Shown: positions 1-9,366 of the stretch, one piece after another
Numbering within the stretch: position 1 is the stretch's first letter
Layout of the letters: every line of letters starts with the position of its first letter
Assembly (NCBI GenBank): GCA_031372565.1
Contig: JANMLN010000157.1
Coordinates: 1 to 34,174, forward strand
DNA: 34,174 nucleotides
Source of the DNA: Gemmatimonadota bacterium
Lineage (GTDB): Bacteria > Gemmatimonadota > Gemmatimonadetes > Gemmatimonadales > Gemmatimonadaceae
Direction of reading: 5' to 3'
Translations under genes and position numbers: made by a program
The notes under the pieces: generated by a model
What the model was told of the DNA's origin: nothing
What the model saw: the letters and a program-made list of their open reading frames with translations, nothing else
Databases searched by the model: none

Positions 1-37
1 AGCGCGTCGTCGAGCTCGTGGGGCGACTACATCCGCG

Positions 38-2983
38 CTACGGGCGCGCGCTGAGCATGAACCACGCCCGCCACGAGGCAGGCACGACGTCGTCAAACGC
101 GTAACCTGCGCCTGCACGCAGCTCGACCGCGGGCAGACGAAGCAGGGGCGCCGGATCGAGCGGGACGCGCGCGTCGATGCCCGCCACCCGCCACCACTGC
201 CCGGCATGCGCGAACTGGCCGCCCGCCGCGAGTGCGTCCCAGAAGACCGTGATCGGACCACTCACGAGTCCGAGTCGCGTGCGCGCCGCTTCGCGCCCGA
301 TGAGGGCGCCCGGAGCGAACGCCGGCTGATCGAATCGCTGCGACTGCGCCGCCGTGGGCAGCAGCGAGGTCGTCATGCCGCCGAGCTGCAGCTGCTCGGT
401 GGCGGGTGCGCCGCCGTTCACGCGTCCGTACGTGCCGCTTGCTTCGAGCTGCAGCCGTCGTCCACCCGTGCGGAGCAGGAGCGACGCCACCGCGCGCGTC
501 CACGGTACGGCATTGGTGGTCCCCTGCGCCAGCTGCGCACTGCTCTCGAGTTGGAAGACGAGATCGCCGCCTCGCACCCACAGGTAGCGATGACCGGCTT
601 CCAACCACGCGAACGCCCGTGTGGCGCCGCGGGGCGTCGCGCTGGCGCCAATCCCGCTCACGCGGCCGGCGAGCACGCCGCCCGCGTAGTGATGCCCGCC
701 GAGCGTGCTCGCGCGATCGAGTGCGACCGTGAGCGCGCCGCCTGACTGCTCGAGATCCAGCGTGGGGCTTCCCGCGCGCGTCGTGGTGCCGCGGGATCCT
801 TCCTCGCGGGCCCAGTAGCCGGCGAGTTCGAACGTCGGTCGCGTGCCGCGCCACGAGATGGCCAACGATCCGCCCTGCCACGCGCTGCGATCACCACCCG
901 CGCCCTGCGCCAGCAGGCCCAGACGACCAACCGGATCGACGAGATACAGGGCGAGTCCGCCATTGGTGCCGGAGGCCGACGAGGTGCTGGTGGGGAGCAG
1001 CCGCCATCCGCGCGGCCCGAGTCCGTAGGCGGCCTGCTCCACGTCGCCGACGGGCCACACGGGCAACACCGCGGCTGGCGCGGGTGGGTTGGTGAGCGCC
1101 GGATCCGCGCGTGCGCCGATCACCGCGGCGTCTGCCGTGATGTCACCAGCGCGAGCGAGCGGCGGTCCGCCCAGCGACAGCGCGCGCAGATCCCATCCGC
1201 GCGCATGGAGCGCCAGGTACCAGACGCGGTCGCCGGTCGCACTCGCGTCCGGCGCCTGCGTTGCCGTGAGCACGCGGGTGAGCGGCGTCGTCGTGCCGTC
1301 GAGCGCGAGTCGTTCGATGTCGGCAATGCCGCCGGCCTCGGACACCACCGCCAGCGCGCGTCCGTCGGGCATCCACGCCGGCGCGTATCGGCTCGCCTGG
1401 TCGCGCGGGTCGATGATCGTCATGGCGCCGTCGGCGCGCTGCACGAGGGCGATGCGCCATCGGCCCGCCTCGTGAAGCGCGGTGGCCACGGTGCGCCCAT
1501 CGGGTGAGACGCGAGCACCGCCGAAGGTGCGTGTCGGCGATCCGGCAGTGAGCACGCGTACCGCGCCGGTCTCGAGCACGATCTCGACGAGGTCGCAGCT
1601 GCCGGCGCCGCAACGAATGCCGGCAGCGTGTGCGCCGTCCGGGGTAGGATCGGCGAGGCGAATCCCGGCACCGTTCGTGACGCGCGTGACGGCATTGAGT
1701 CTCGGGTCCCAGATGAACAGGTCGGGCCGCAGAGCGCCGGATGGCAGTGGCTCCATGCGCGTGACCAGCAGGCGGCGGCCGTCCGGCAGGAACCGTGGCT
1801 CGCTGTGTCCGCGTCCCCGCACGGGCCAGAGCGTCGAGATCGCGCGCGGACGACGCGGATAGGGCATGTACGCCGCCACGTCGTCCGGATCATCGTCGAG
1901 CATGCGCTGCGTTTCTCGCAGCTCTGCCGAGTCGGCGGGCTGCGCGCGCGTGCTCCAGATCTCGATGCGCGAAGGGCTGCCGGCTGCACCTGACAGGAGC
2001 AGTGCCATCCGCGATCCGTCGGGCGAGACCGCCGGCGCTCCGGCTCCGCGCTCCAACCTCGCGATCCGTTCGCCCTCGACGAGCCCGGCGCTGGTGCGCG
2101 TCGCGCGGACCGCGAAGGCGCGCGCGCTCACCTCCGCCGTGAAGCGACCATACAAGGCCGCTGGCGAGTCGCCGAACGTACCCGTGAAGGCCTCCGGAAA
2201 ATCGCGCGCCACGCGCGCCGTGAGCCGGCGCCAGAGCTGCGGAAGCGCCGAGTCGCCGCGAGCACGCGCGAGCCATTCGAGATACGCCGAGCCGGTGAGA
2301 TACGGGGTGGAGCCGCCAAGAAAGGCGCCGCCCTCGTCGAGCGACGCGTAGGCCGGCAGCGTCCCCTCGAGCGCCCACGTGCGCAGCACCGCCGCGCGCC
2401 AGACGGAGTTGGGCCGCCCGCTCGCCGAGAGCCGTCCTTCAACCAGCGTGGCGTACCCCTCGGTGACCCAGGTCGGGACGCGCCGAGGTATGGGACCGAT
2501 GCGCGGCAGGAGCGGGAAGAGGAGCTCGATGCGCTCCCACGGATCGCGGGCGGGTCGCGAGAGGTGTGCGATGTGCGCGAACTCGTGGATCGCGAGCAGC
2601 TCGCCCCAGGTCGATTGCTGCGACAGCCCTGACGCGGGATCGGGAGGGGTGGGCCAGAAGAACATCACCGGTCCGTCCATGAACGGCATCGCGGACCCGT
2701 TCGGCAGGTTGAGCGGATCGTCGATCACGACGTCGGTCACCGTGGGGGGCACGTAGCCAACTTCGCGGCCGACGGCCACGCGGATCCCCTCGAGTCGCTC
2801 GGCGACATGGCGAGCCCAGTCCGTGTGCTCCGCCCGGAAGTGCACCCGAAAGTTCGCGGAGCGGAACGACTGCCAGCGCTGCGCCGGATCGGTCGACGGT
2901 GGGAGCTGGGCGGCGACGGACGTCGTCGAGAGCAGCAGCACGGCCAGCAACAGGAGCGGGCAGCGGGGCAGGTAGCGGAGCAT
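38..2983 (-). CDS. Large secreted protein: N-terminal gluzincin-type (peptidase MA-like) domain, TolB/PD40-like beta-propeller, probable beta-rich C-terminal region
   Basis: Start reassigned to ATG 2983 (MLRYLPRCPLLLLAVLLLSTTSVAAQ, signal peptide). HEFAH motif at about 2573-2587 and downstream WVTEGYA. PD40-like repeats PAVSPDG, PRFLPDG, ARVSPDG, PAWMPDG. TACGAT -10-like hexamer upstream. Confidence 0.8.
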   Translation of the reverse strand: MLRYLPRCPLLLLAVLLLSTTSVAAQLPPSTDPAQRWQSFRSANFRVHFRAEHTDWARHVAERLEGIRVAVGREVGYVPPTVTDVVIDDPLNLPNGSAMPFMDGPVMFFWPTPPDPASGLSQQSTWGELLAIHEFAHIAHLSRPARDPWERIELLFPLLPRIGPIPRRVPTWVTEGYATLVEGRLSASGRPNSVWRAAVLRTWALEGTLPAYASLDEGGAFLGGSTPYLTGSAYLEWLARARGDSALPQLWRRLTARVARDFPEAFTGTFGDSPAALYGRFTAEVSARAFAVRATRTSAGLVEGERIARLERGAGAPAVSPDGSRMALLLSGAAGSPSRIEIWSTRAQPADSAELRETQRMLDDDPDDVAAYMPYPRRPRAISTLWPVRGRGHSEPRFLPDGRRLLVTRMEPLPSGALRPDLFIWDPRLNAVTRVTNGAGIRLADPTPDGAHAAGIRCGAGSCDLVEIVLETGAVRVLTAGSPTRTFGGARVSPDGRTVATALHEAGRWRIALVQRADGAMTIIDPRDQASRYAPAWMPDGRALAVVSEAGGIADIERLALDGTTTPLTRVLTATQAPDASATGDRVWYLALHARGWDLRALSLGGPPLARAGDITADAAVIGARADPALTNPPAPAAVLPVWPVGDVEQAAYGLGPRGWRLLPTSTSSASGTNGGLALYLVDPVGRLGLLAQGAGGDRSAWQGGSLAISWRGTRPTFELAGYWAREEGSRGTTTRAGSPTLDLEQSGGALTVALDRASTLGGHHYAGGVLAGRVSGIGASATPRGATRAFAWLEAGHRYLWVRGGDLVFQLESSAQLAQGTTNAVPWTRAVASLLLRTGGRRLQLEASGTYGRVNGGAPATEQLQLGGMTTSLLPTAAQSQRFDQPAFAPGALIGREAARTRLGLVSGPITVFWDALAAGGQFAHAGQWWRVAGIDARVPLDPAPLLRLPAVELRAGAGYAFDDVVPASWRAWFMLSARP

Positions 2984-3131
2984 GCAGGGGAGGCGTGCGA
3001 GATCGTAAGGCGCGTCGAGTCGAAAGGTGAACTCGGGCCGCGCGGCCACAAGGGAGAATGCGTGATGTGCGCGTAACGCCTTGCGGCGAGTGCGAGCGAC
3101 AGGCAACCCTTCCCGGATGAGGATGTCGTTG

Positions 3132-5276
3132 ATGTGCTTTGGGCGCGGCGTGCGCCGCCGCTCGCGGTGGGCGGCCACCGCTGGCGCCCTCGCGGCGGCC
3201 TGCCTGCCGCCCTCGAGCACGGTGGCAGCCCAGCCGAGCCGCGATGCTGCGTGGGACGCCGTGGCGGCGGGCGTGGAGCGTGTCGCCACCTACGAACGCG
3301 GCGCGACCGGAACAGCCGGCAGTTGGTGGGCCGTGGTCGACGCCCGCGGCATCGTGCGTCTGGGGGCGGGCGGGCGCCGTGCACGCGGTACGGATCGCGC
3401 GGCCACCACCGACGACCGTCTGCGCGTCGGCGCAGTGACGCAGACGGTCACCGCGCTCGCCGTGCTGCGGCTCGTAGCGCGTGGCCAGCTCGACCTCGAC
3501 GCGCCGCTCGCTGCCAACGTGCGGCGTGCGCTTCCGACTGGCGCGAATGTCACCCTGCGCCAGCTCTTGAGCCACCGCGCCGGACTCGTGCAGGAATCGC
3601 CGGTCGGTCACAGCTTCGATACGACGGTCGTGTCGCTCGAGCGGGCCGTGGCAAGCATGCGTACCACCCGCATGCTGGCGTCGCCTGGTGCCAACGTCGC
3701 GTACTCGAACGCGGGAGTCGCCGTTGCCGCACGGGCGCTCGAGGTGGCGGCTGGCATCGCCTACGACGCCGTGGCGGAGCGCGAGCTGTTCGGTCCGCTC
3801 GCGATGCGGTCCTCCGACTTCGCCGAACGTCCGGGCGATGCAGAGACCATCGGGGAAGGGTGGACCATCGCGGGGCCGCCCGAGCCGGCATCGCACGCAC
3901 TGTTGGGACTTCGCCCCGCGGTCGGGTTGCGCACGACGGTCCGTGATCTCGCGCGCATGCTGCTGGCACTCGTACGCGGGGGGCGCGACACCGCGGGCGC
4001 GGCATGGCTGGACCCCACGGCGCTCGCGCAGATGACAATGCCATCCGGCGGCGTGGAACTCGGGCTTCGAGCGATCGTCGACGGCACCGGGCGCCGGTTG
4101 GAGCAGTCGGGCGTCGTGCCGGGGTTCGCCGCGCACCTGATCATCGATCCCGGCGATTCCGTGGGTGTCGTCGTCGTGCTGAACAACTCGGCTGGCGCTG
4201 CCGCAGTCGAACGCATCGCGCGCGAAGCGCTCCGCCTGGCCCGCGATGCGCACGCGGGGCACGCGGTCGTCGCGGGCGTCATCGGCGGTGAACCGGGCAA
4301 CGGCGCCGCATCCGCCGCTGTCGTGATCGCCGGCCGACCGGCGCTGCCCTCCGCCGCGATCGCATCGCTGCTGGGGCTCTACGAGAACGGATTGATGGCG
4401 CTGTTGATCGGCGAGCGCGACGGACGCGTGTGGCTCACCACTCCCGACCGGTGGATCGCCGACGCTGCGCTTGCGGGCGACACGCTGCGCACGACGGTTG
4501 GTCCGCACGGACGCGGCGAGACCTTCGTGGCGGAGCGCGACATGCGCGGTCGGGTGGTCGCGGTGCACGCGTGGGGACTCCGACTCGTGCGCCGTCGACT
4601 CGGTCCCGAGAGCGGGAACCAGCTGCGGGTGTCACCGGTGCGACCGCTCGCTGCGCTCCGGCGCGAGGCGCTCGCGGCCGCACCGCCGGTCGAAACGGGC
4701 CGCGATGCGCCCGTGGAACTGGTCGAGCTCTCGCGGCTCGACAGCACGATCCGGCTGGAGGTACGCTACGCGACGTCGAACAATCTCTACGGCGCGCCGT
4801 TCTACACGCAGGCCCGCGCCTTTCTCCAGCGGCCCGCAGCCGAGGCGCTGGCTCGCGTGAGCGCGGCACTGCGCCCGTTGGGCGTGGGGCTGCTGGTGCA
4901 CGATGGATATCGGCCGTGGTACGTGACGCGGATGTTCTGGGACGCGGCGGCCCCCTCGGTGAAGCCGTTCGTCGCTGATCCGGGCAAGGGCTCCAAGCAC
5001 AATCGCGGTGCTGCCGTCGATCTTGCGCTGTACGACCTCGCCAGCGGCGCCACGGTGCCCATGCCATCGACCTACGACGAAACCACCCTCCGCGCCTATC
5101 CCGACTGGCCGGGGGGTACGTCGCGCGAACGGTGGGCGCGCGACCTGCTGCGCGCCGCCATGGAGCGCGAAGGGTTCACCGTGTACGACTACGAGTGGTG
5201 GCACTTCGATTATGCTGGATGGGCGCGCTGGCCCCTCCTGAACACGCCGTTCGAACGGCTTGGCGCGGCGCGCTGA
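3132..5276 (+). CDS. Fusion of a beta-lactamase-like serine hydrolase domain (SxxK lost) and a C-terminal M15D D-alanyl-D-alanine dipeptidase (VanX/DdpX family)
   Basis: N-domain has LDLDAP, TLRQLLSHRAGL, YSN and PLAM motifs. C-domain has EVRYATSNN, DGYRPW, SKHNRGAAVDL and EWWHFD. The start is uncertain (in-frame ATGs at 3117, 3123, 3132); GAGG lies upstream of 3132, which gives a signal-like N-terminus. Confidence 0.85.
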   Translation: MCFGRGVRRRSRWAATAGALAAACLPPSSTVAAQPSRDAAWDAVAAGVERVATYERGATGTAGSWWAVVDARGIVRLGAGGRRARGTDRAATTDDRLRVGAVTQTVTALAVLRLVARGQLDLDAPLAANVRRALPTGANVTLRQLLSHRAGLVQESPVGHSFDTTVVSLERAVASMRTTRMLASPGANVAYSNAGVAVAARALEVAAGIAYDAVAERELFGPLAMRSSDFAERPGDAETIGEGWTIAGPPEPASHALLGLRPAVGLRTTVRDLARMLLALVRGGRDTAGAAWLDPTALAQMTMPSGGVELGLRAIVDGTGRRLEQSGVVPGFAAHLIIDPGDSVGVVVVLNNSAGAAAVERIAREALRLARDAHAGHAVVAGVIGGEPGNGAASAAVVIAGRPALPSAAIASLLGLYENGLMALLIGERDGRVWLTTPDRWIADAALAGDTLRTTVGPHGRGETFVAERDMRGRVVAVHAWGLRLVRRRLGPESGNQLRVSPVRPLAALRREALAAAPPVETGRDAPVELVELSRLDSTIRLEVRYATSNNLYGAPFYTQARAFLQRPAAEALARVSAALRPLGVGLLVHDGYRPWYVTRMFWDAAAPSVKPFVADPGKGSKHNRGAAVDLALYDLASGATVPMPSTYDETTLRAYPDWPGGTSRERWARDLLRAAMEREGFTVYDYEWWHFDYAGWARWPLLNTPFERLGAAR

Positions 5277-5304
5277 ACGTCCCCCTTTCCGGATCCCGAG
5301 ACCC

Positions 5305-5757
5305 ATGTCGATTCGCCTCAAGGACATCCCCGACCATCACGACGCGGAGCTGGTCATGCGGCTGTACGAGCTGCGCACCGATGCGGTGATGCGCGCATCG
5401 CGCGATGCGATCAGTCGCGACTACTGGCCGACGACCCTGGATGAGGCGCTGGCGCTCAGCGCGCCGTCCCACCCGCTCAACGCGTCCTACCGGCAGGTGA
5501 CGAGCTATTGGGAGATGGCCTACGGGATGGTCAAGCATGGCATCCTGCATGGCGACTACATGCTGGAGTCCGGGGCCGAGGGGCTCTACCTGTTCGCCAA
5601 GATGAAGCCGTTCATCGTGGCGATGCGCGAACGGTCGTCGCCCCGGTTGATGCACAACACCGAGTGGATTTCGAGCCACACCGCGTTCGCGCAGGAGGTG
5701 CAGGCCCGGATGGACAAGAACGTGGCGAACGCGCTCGCTGCCCGCGCGCGCTCCTAG
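5305..5757 (+). CDS. Conserved hypothetical protein (DUF4760-like)
   Basis: Host-like codon usage. DAELVMRLYELR ... YRQVTSYWEMA pattern recalled from this family. Start at ATG 5305 (MSIRLKD). Confidence 0.7.
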   Translation: MSIRLKDIPDHHDAELVMRLYELRTDAVMRASRDAISRDYWPTTLDEALALSAPSHPLNASYRQVTSYWEMAYGMVKHGILHGDYMLESGAEGLYLFAKMKPFIVAMRERSSPRLMHNTEWISSHTAFAQEVQARMDKNVANALAARARS

Positions 5758-5797
5758 GCGACGCGCAGCCGCCGTCCGGGCGCATATATATTCCCGC

Positions 5798-6667
5798 ATG
5801 CCCGCTGCCACACTGCTCTCCGGCCTCGTCGATTACGCGGGGCTCTTCCCCCCGGCTGGCCTCGCGATGTCTGACGCGGTGGCCGCCTACGCGGAGGACG
5901 TCGCGGGACCCGATGCGTTCATGCTGGGACGGTTCGTCTGTCCGGCCGCGCGCCTCGATGAGTTGGCGGCCGTGGCCGCACCCGCGTGGGCATCGCTCGG
6001 CGCACCGTGGCGCGTGAGCGCACTGACACCGGACCCGGCCGCCGACTTCCCGCGTGTTCGTGCGTTCAACGACGCGCACGTGGGGCGCGCCGCCGTCGAT
6101 GTGGCGGAGGGACGCGCCACGTCCGTGCGTGACATCGACATGTTCGCCGCGCTCCTCGGCGAGTTGGACGGGTTCGTGGAGCTCCCGCTGGACCCTGATC
6201 CCGCGGCCTTGATCGCCGATTGCGCGCGGCTGGGGCTCCGGCCCAAGGCACGGCTTGGCGGCGTGCAGGCCGACGCGATTCCGCGTCCGGAGCTGGTGGC
6301 GCGCTTTCTCGTGCGATGCCGCGAGGCCGGTGTGGCGTTCAAGGCGACAGCCGGCCTGCATCACGCGGTGCGTGGTGCGTACCCGCTCACTTACGAGCCG
6401 AACGCACCGCGTGCGACGATGCACGGCTTTCTCAATCTGCTCTTTGCCACCGATGTCGTGTTGCACGGAGGCGACGAGGCCGAGGCGTGCGCCGTCCTCG
6501 AAGAGCGCGATGCGTCCAGCTTTGCCGTTGATCGCGACGGTGTGCGTTGGCGCGAGCGGGCCATCGGCATCGCGCAGATCGGGTCGCTGCGCGCTGCGCT
6601 CGTGGCCATCGGCTCGTGCTCCTTCCGTGAGCCGGTGTCGGAGCTGGCGGCACTCGGCCTGCCATGA
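5798..6667 (+). CDS. Conserved hypothetical protein associated with fahA
   Basis: Motifs GLVDYAGLFPPA, KARLGG, FKATAGLHH, MHGFLN, GSCSFREP. The stop overlaps the fahA start (ATGA). Confidence 0.75.
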   Translation: MPAATLLSGLVDYAGLFPPAGLAMSDAVAAYAEDVAGPDAFMLGRFVCPAARLDELAAVAAPAWASLGAPWRVSALTPDPAADFPRVRAFNDAHVGRAAVDVAEGRATSVRDIDMFAALLGELDGFVELPLDPDPAALIADCARLGLRPKARLGGVQADAIPRPELVARFLVRCREAGVAFKATAGLHHAVRGAYPLTYEPNAPRATMHGFLNLLFATDVVLHGGDEAEACAVLEERDASSFAVDRDGVRWRERAIGIAQIGSLRAALVAIGSCSFREPVSELAALGLP

Positions 6668-8007
6668 TGCCGCTGAACGAAACGCACGACGCCCGGCTCC
6701 ATTCCTGGGTCGAGTCGGCCAACCTGAGCGGCGCCGACTTCCCGATCCACAACCTGCCATTCGGTGTCTTCCGTCGTCGCGGTACCGCGGACGCACCGCG
6801 GGTCGGCGTCGCCATCGGTGATCGCGTCGTCGACATCGCGACGGCGCTCGACGCCGGATGCTTCACCAGGGCTGGTGAAGACGCGCAGGTGGCCGCTGCG
6901 GCGTGTCGCGCTCCGTCGCTCAATGCGCTCATCGCGCTCGGGCCCTCGGCGTGGCAGGCGTTGCGGTTGGCGCTCTCCCGGCTGCTGCGCGTCGGCGCCG
7001 AGAGTCAGAGGCCCGATGGCCCGACGGCCGCGCGGATTCTCGTGCCAATGGCGGAAGTCGAGATGCTGCTGCCGGTCGAGATTGGCGACTACACCGACTT
7101 CTACGCGTCGGTGCATCACGCCACCAACATCGGGACAATGCTGCGCCCCGATCAGCCGCTGTTGCCCAACTACAAGTGGATCCCGATCGGATACCACGGT
7201 CGGGCCTCGAGCGTCGTGGTGAGCGGCACGAGCGTGCGTCGCCCGATCGGTCAGGTCGCGCCGGCCGCCGCGGGTGGTGCGCCCACCGTCGGCCCCTCGC
7301 AGCGGCTGGACTACGAGCTCGAACTCGGCGCCATCGTGGGCCCTGGCAACGCGCACGGCGCGTCCATTCCAGTCAGCGCGGCCGCTGCCCAGCTCTTCGG
7401 TGTCGTCCTGCTCAACGATTGGTCCGCGCGCGACGTGCAAGGCTGGGAATACCAGCCCCTCGGGCCCTTTCTGTCGAAGAGCTTCGGTACCAGCATCTCG
7501 CCGTGGGTTGTCACGCAGGAGGCGCTCGCCCCCTTTCGCGCGCCTGCGTTCGCTCGAGCCAGCGGCGATCCCGCGCCGCTCGCGTACCTCACCGATGGCG
7601 ACGATCAGGCGGCGGGCAACTTCGACATTGTCCTCGAGGTGTTGATCCAGTCCGCAGCCATGGCAAACCATCGGCTGCCGCCAGCGCGCGTGAGCCTCGG
7701 CCATGCGCGTGATCTCTACTGGACGTTCGCGCAGATGATCGCGCACCACACCATGAACGGGTGCAACCTGCGCGCGGGTGACCTGATCGGCTCGGGCACC
7801 GTCAGCGGCGCGACGCCCGAGTCGCGCGGGTGCCTGATGGAGCGCACGTGGCGAGGCACGGAGCCGCTCGAGCTCCCGGGTGGCGAGACCCGCGCCTTCC
7901 TCGCCGACGGCGACACGATCATCATGCGCGGCTGGTGCGAGCGCGACGGTCGTCGCATCGGGCTCGGCGAGTGCCGCGGCACCGTGCGCCCCGCCATCGA
8001 CGCGTGA
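6664..8007 (+). CDS. fahA: Fumarylacetoacetase
   Basis: DFPIHNLPFGVF, GDYTDFY, YHGRASS, LDYELE, NDWSARDVQ.WEYQPLGPFLSKSF, GDLIGSGTVSG. Confidence 0.95.
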   Translation: MMPLNETHDARLHSWVESANLSGADFPIHNLPFGVFRRRGTADAPRVGVAIGDRVVDIATALDAGCFTRAGEDAQVAAAACRAPSLNALIALGPSAWQALRLALSRLLRVGAESQRPDGPTAARILVPMAEVEMLLPVEIGDYTDFYASVHHATNIGTMLRPDQPLLPNYKWIPIGYHGRASSVVVSGTSVRRPIGQVAPAAAGGAPTVGPSQRLDYELELGAIVGPGNAHGASIPVSAAAAQLFGVVLLNDWSARDVQGWEYQPLGPFLSKSFGTSISPWVVTQEALAPFRAPAFARASGDPAPLAYLTDGDDQAAGNFDIVLEVLIQSAAMANHRLPPARVSLGHARDLYWTFAQMIAHHTMNGCNLRAGDLIGSGTVSGATPESRGCLMERTWRGTEPLELPGGETRAFLADGDTIIMRGWCERDGRRIGLGECRGTVRPAIDA

Positions 8008-8363
8008 GCGTGACGGGCGCGCCGCGAGATCCGCTCGCGCCCTTCGTGTCGCACGTGCTCGTGCAGTGGCGCGGCGTCGGCGCGGCGGGCGAGGACGAGC
8101 GATCGGTGCGCGCCCTGATTGCAGCGTCGAGTGCCGACGCGGCGGGGCGCGATCCGGCTCACGCGGCCGAGCGCGACGCCCGCGTGACACGCCTGCTGGA
8201 GGATCCGACGCTGCTGGCGGCGCTCTTCCAGAACATCGATCTGCTGTTCGCCGAGAAGGCGCGCGAAGCGCCGGGGGTCTCCGCGCTGATCATGGCGGCC
8301 GTCGAGCGCGCGTCGGACGCCGAAGCGCGCGCCGCCGACGAGGAGCGGCAAGCGCGGCGATGA
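8004..8363 (+). CDS. Hypothetical protein, about 119 aa, probably helical
   Basis: GTG at 8004 overlaps the fahA TGA (GTGA). Coding-like codon usage; ends just before a hairpin. Confidence 0.6.
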   Translation: MSVTGAPRDPLAPFVSHVLVQWRGVGAAGEDERSVRALIAASSADAAGRDPAHAAERDARVTRLLEDPTLLAALFQNIDLLFAEKAREAPGVSALIMAAVERASDAEARAADEERQARR

Positions 8364-8401
8364 AAAAGAAGGGGGCGCCATCAGGATGATGGCGCCCCCT
8401 T
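8364..8401. terminator. Intrinsic terminator between convergent genes
   Basis: Stem AAGGGGGCGCCATCA / TGATGGCGCCCCCTT with a GGA loop. The A-tract on the left gives a U-tail for the minus-strand transcript. Confidence 0.85.
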
Positions 8402-8423
8402 CAGGACCTGCTCAGGCAGCGTG

Positions 8424-9221
8424 CTACTTCTGACGCGCCATCTTGATGACGCTCGACTGCGTGACCGGAATCACGAGGCCCATCGCGTCCACGGTGATGG
8501 TCAGGCTGGTCTCCTCGGCGCCCTCGCGCGCGAGGTACTGGCCGTCCTTGGAGATGACCGCGAAGCCGGTGCCCTTGCTCGTGCCTTCGATGGTCAAATC
8601 CTGCCCTTGCTGATTGCCCTTGCCGGCAATCGTCGTGTTGGCGGCGGTGTTGATCTTCCACGCCTTGGTGCCCTCGACTGCGGTGTCGCCCGTCAAGGTG
8701 TACGTGTAGACGACCGTGTTCTTGAGCTGCATGGGGCCCTGCGCCACCTCCATGGTCAGGGTGTCCGACCATGACGTTCCCACCTTGGCCGAGGCCGGCA
8801 GGTAGGGCAGGAAGGTCCGCATCGCGATCGACTGCTGCGACTTCGGGTCACCGCCCGTGGGGACGCTGACGTCGCCCGAGAGGGCGCGACCGTTGGTGGC
8901 GATGATACCGACGAACTTGGTGCCAATCGCCTTGGAGACGTCGGAGGGCTGACCCATCGTGTTCGACGAGGACATGCTGTCGAGCGCGAGCGTCATGTCG
9001 AGCTGGCCAGCGCCCTTGGGGGTGGCGGCGAGCGAATAGCGCTGCTCCGTCACGATCTCGCCTTCCTGCTTCTGCCCCATCATTTCCTGCACGCTCTTGG
9101 TCTTGCTGCTGACAACGAACTTCGCGTTCTGGGGTCCGTACGCGAGCTTGACGTCCTGCGCACGGGCCGTGAACGGCAGGGCGGCGAGGGCGACAAGGGC
9201 GGGGGACAGACGACGGAACAT
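8424..9221 (-). CDS. Secreted beta-rich hypothetical protein (DUF6263-like)
   Basis: ATG 9221 with GGAG upstream. Signal peptide MFRRLSPALVALAALPFTARA. LP..AKVGTSW motif; strongly biased codons. TATACT -10-like hexamer on the minus strand at 9307-9312. Confidence 0.8.
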   Translation of the reverse strand: MFRRLSPALVALAALPFTARAQDVKLAYGPQNAKFVVSSKTKSVQEMMGQKQEGEIVTEQRYSLAATPKGAGQLDMTLALDSMSSSNTMGQPSDVSKAIGTKFVGIIATNGRALSGDVSVPTGGDPKSQQSIAMRTFLPYLPASAKVGTSWSDTLTMEVAQGPMQLKNTVVYTYTLTGDTAVEGTKAWKINTAANTTIAGKGNQQGQDLTIEGTSKGTGFAVISKDGQYLAREGAEETSLTITVDAMGLVIPVTQSSVIKMARQK

Positions 9222-9366
9222 GATGTGCACTCCGGGTGGGTGGTATGGGCCAGTGCGCAGCCTTCCGCCGAGCAGCGGCGAGCCGGGTCGGATCTGGGCT
9301 CGCCGTAGTATACGACCTGGGGCCCCAAGAGGTTTCGAGGCCGGCGACGCGGTATCTTGCCCCCCC

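Noticed and set aside
2439..4568. 709-aa minus-strand ORF
   Set aside because: Shadow of the serine hydrolase fusion and an off-frame overlap of the first gene; Arg/Ala-rich with no motifs.
4716..5276. Vancomycin resistance (vanX) or an active beta-lactamase
   Set aside because: No vanH/vanA/vanRS context, M15D peptidases are widespread, and the lactamase-like domain lacks SxxK.
6391..8190. 599-aa minus-strand ORF
   Set aside because: Antisense to fahA; typical high-GC shadow ORF.
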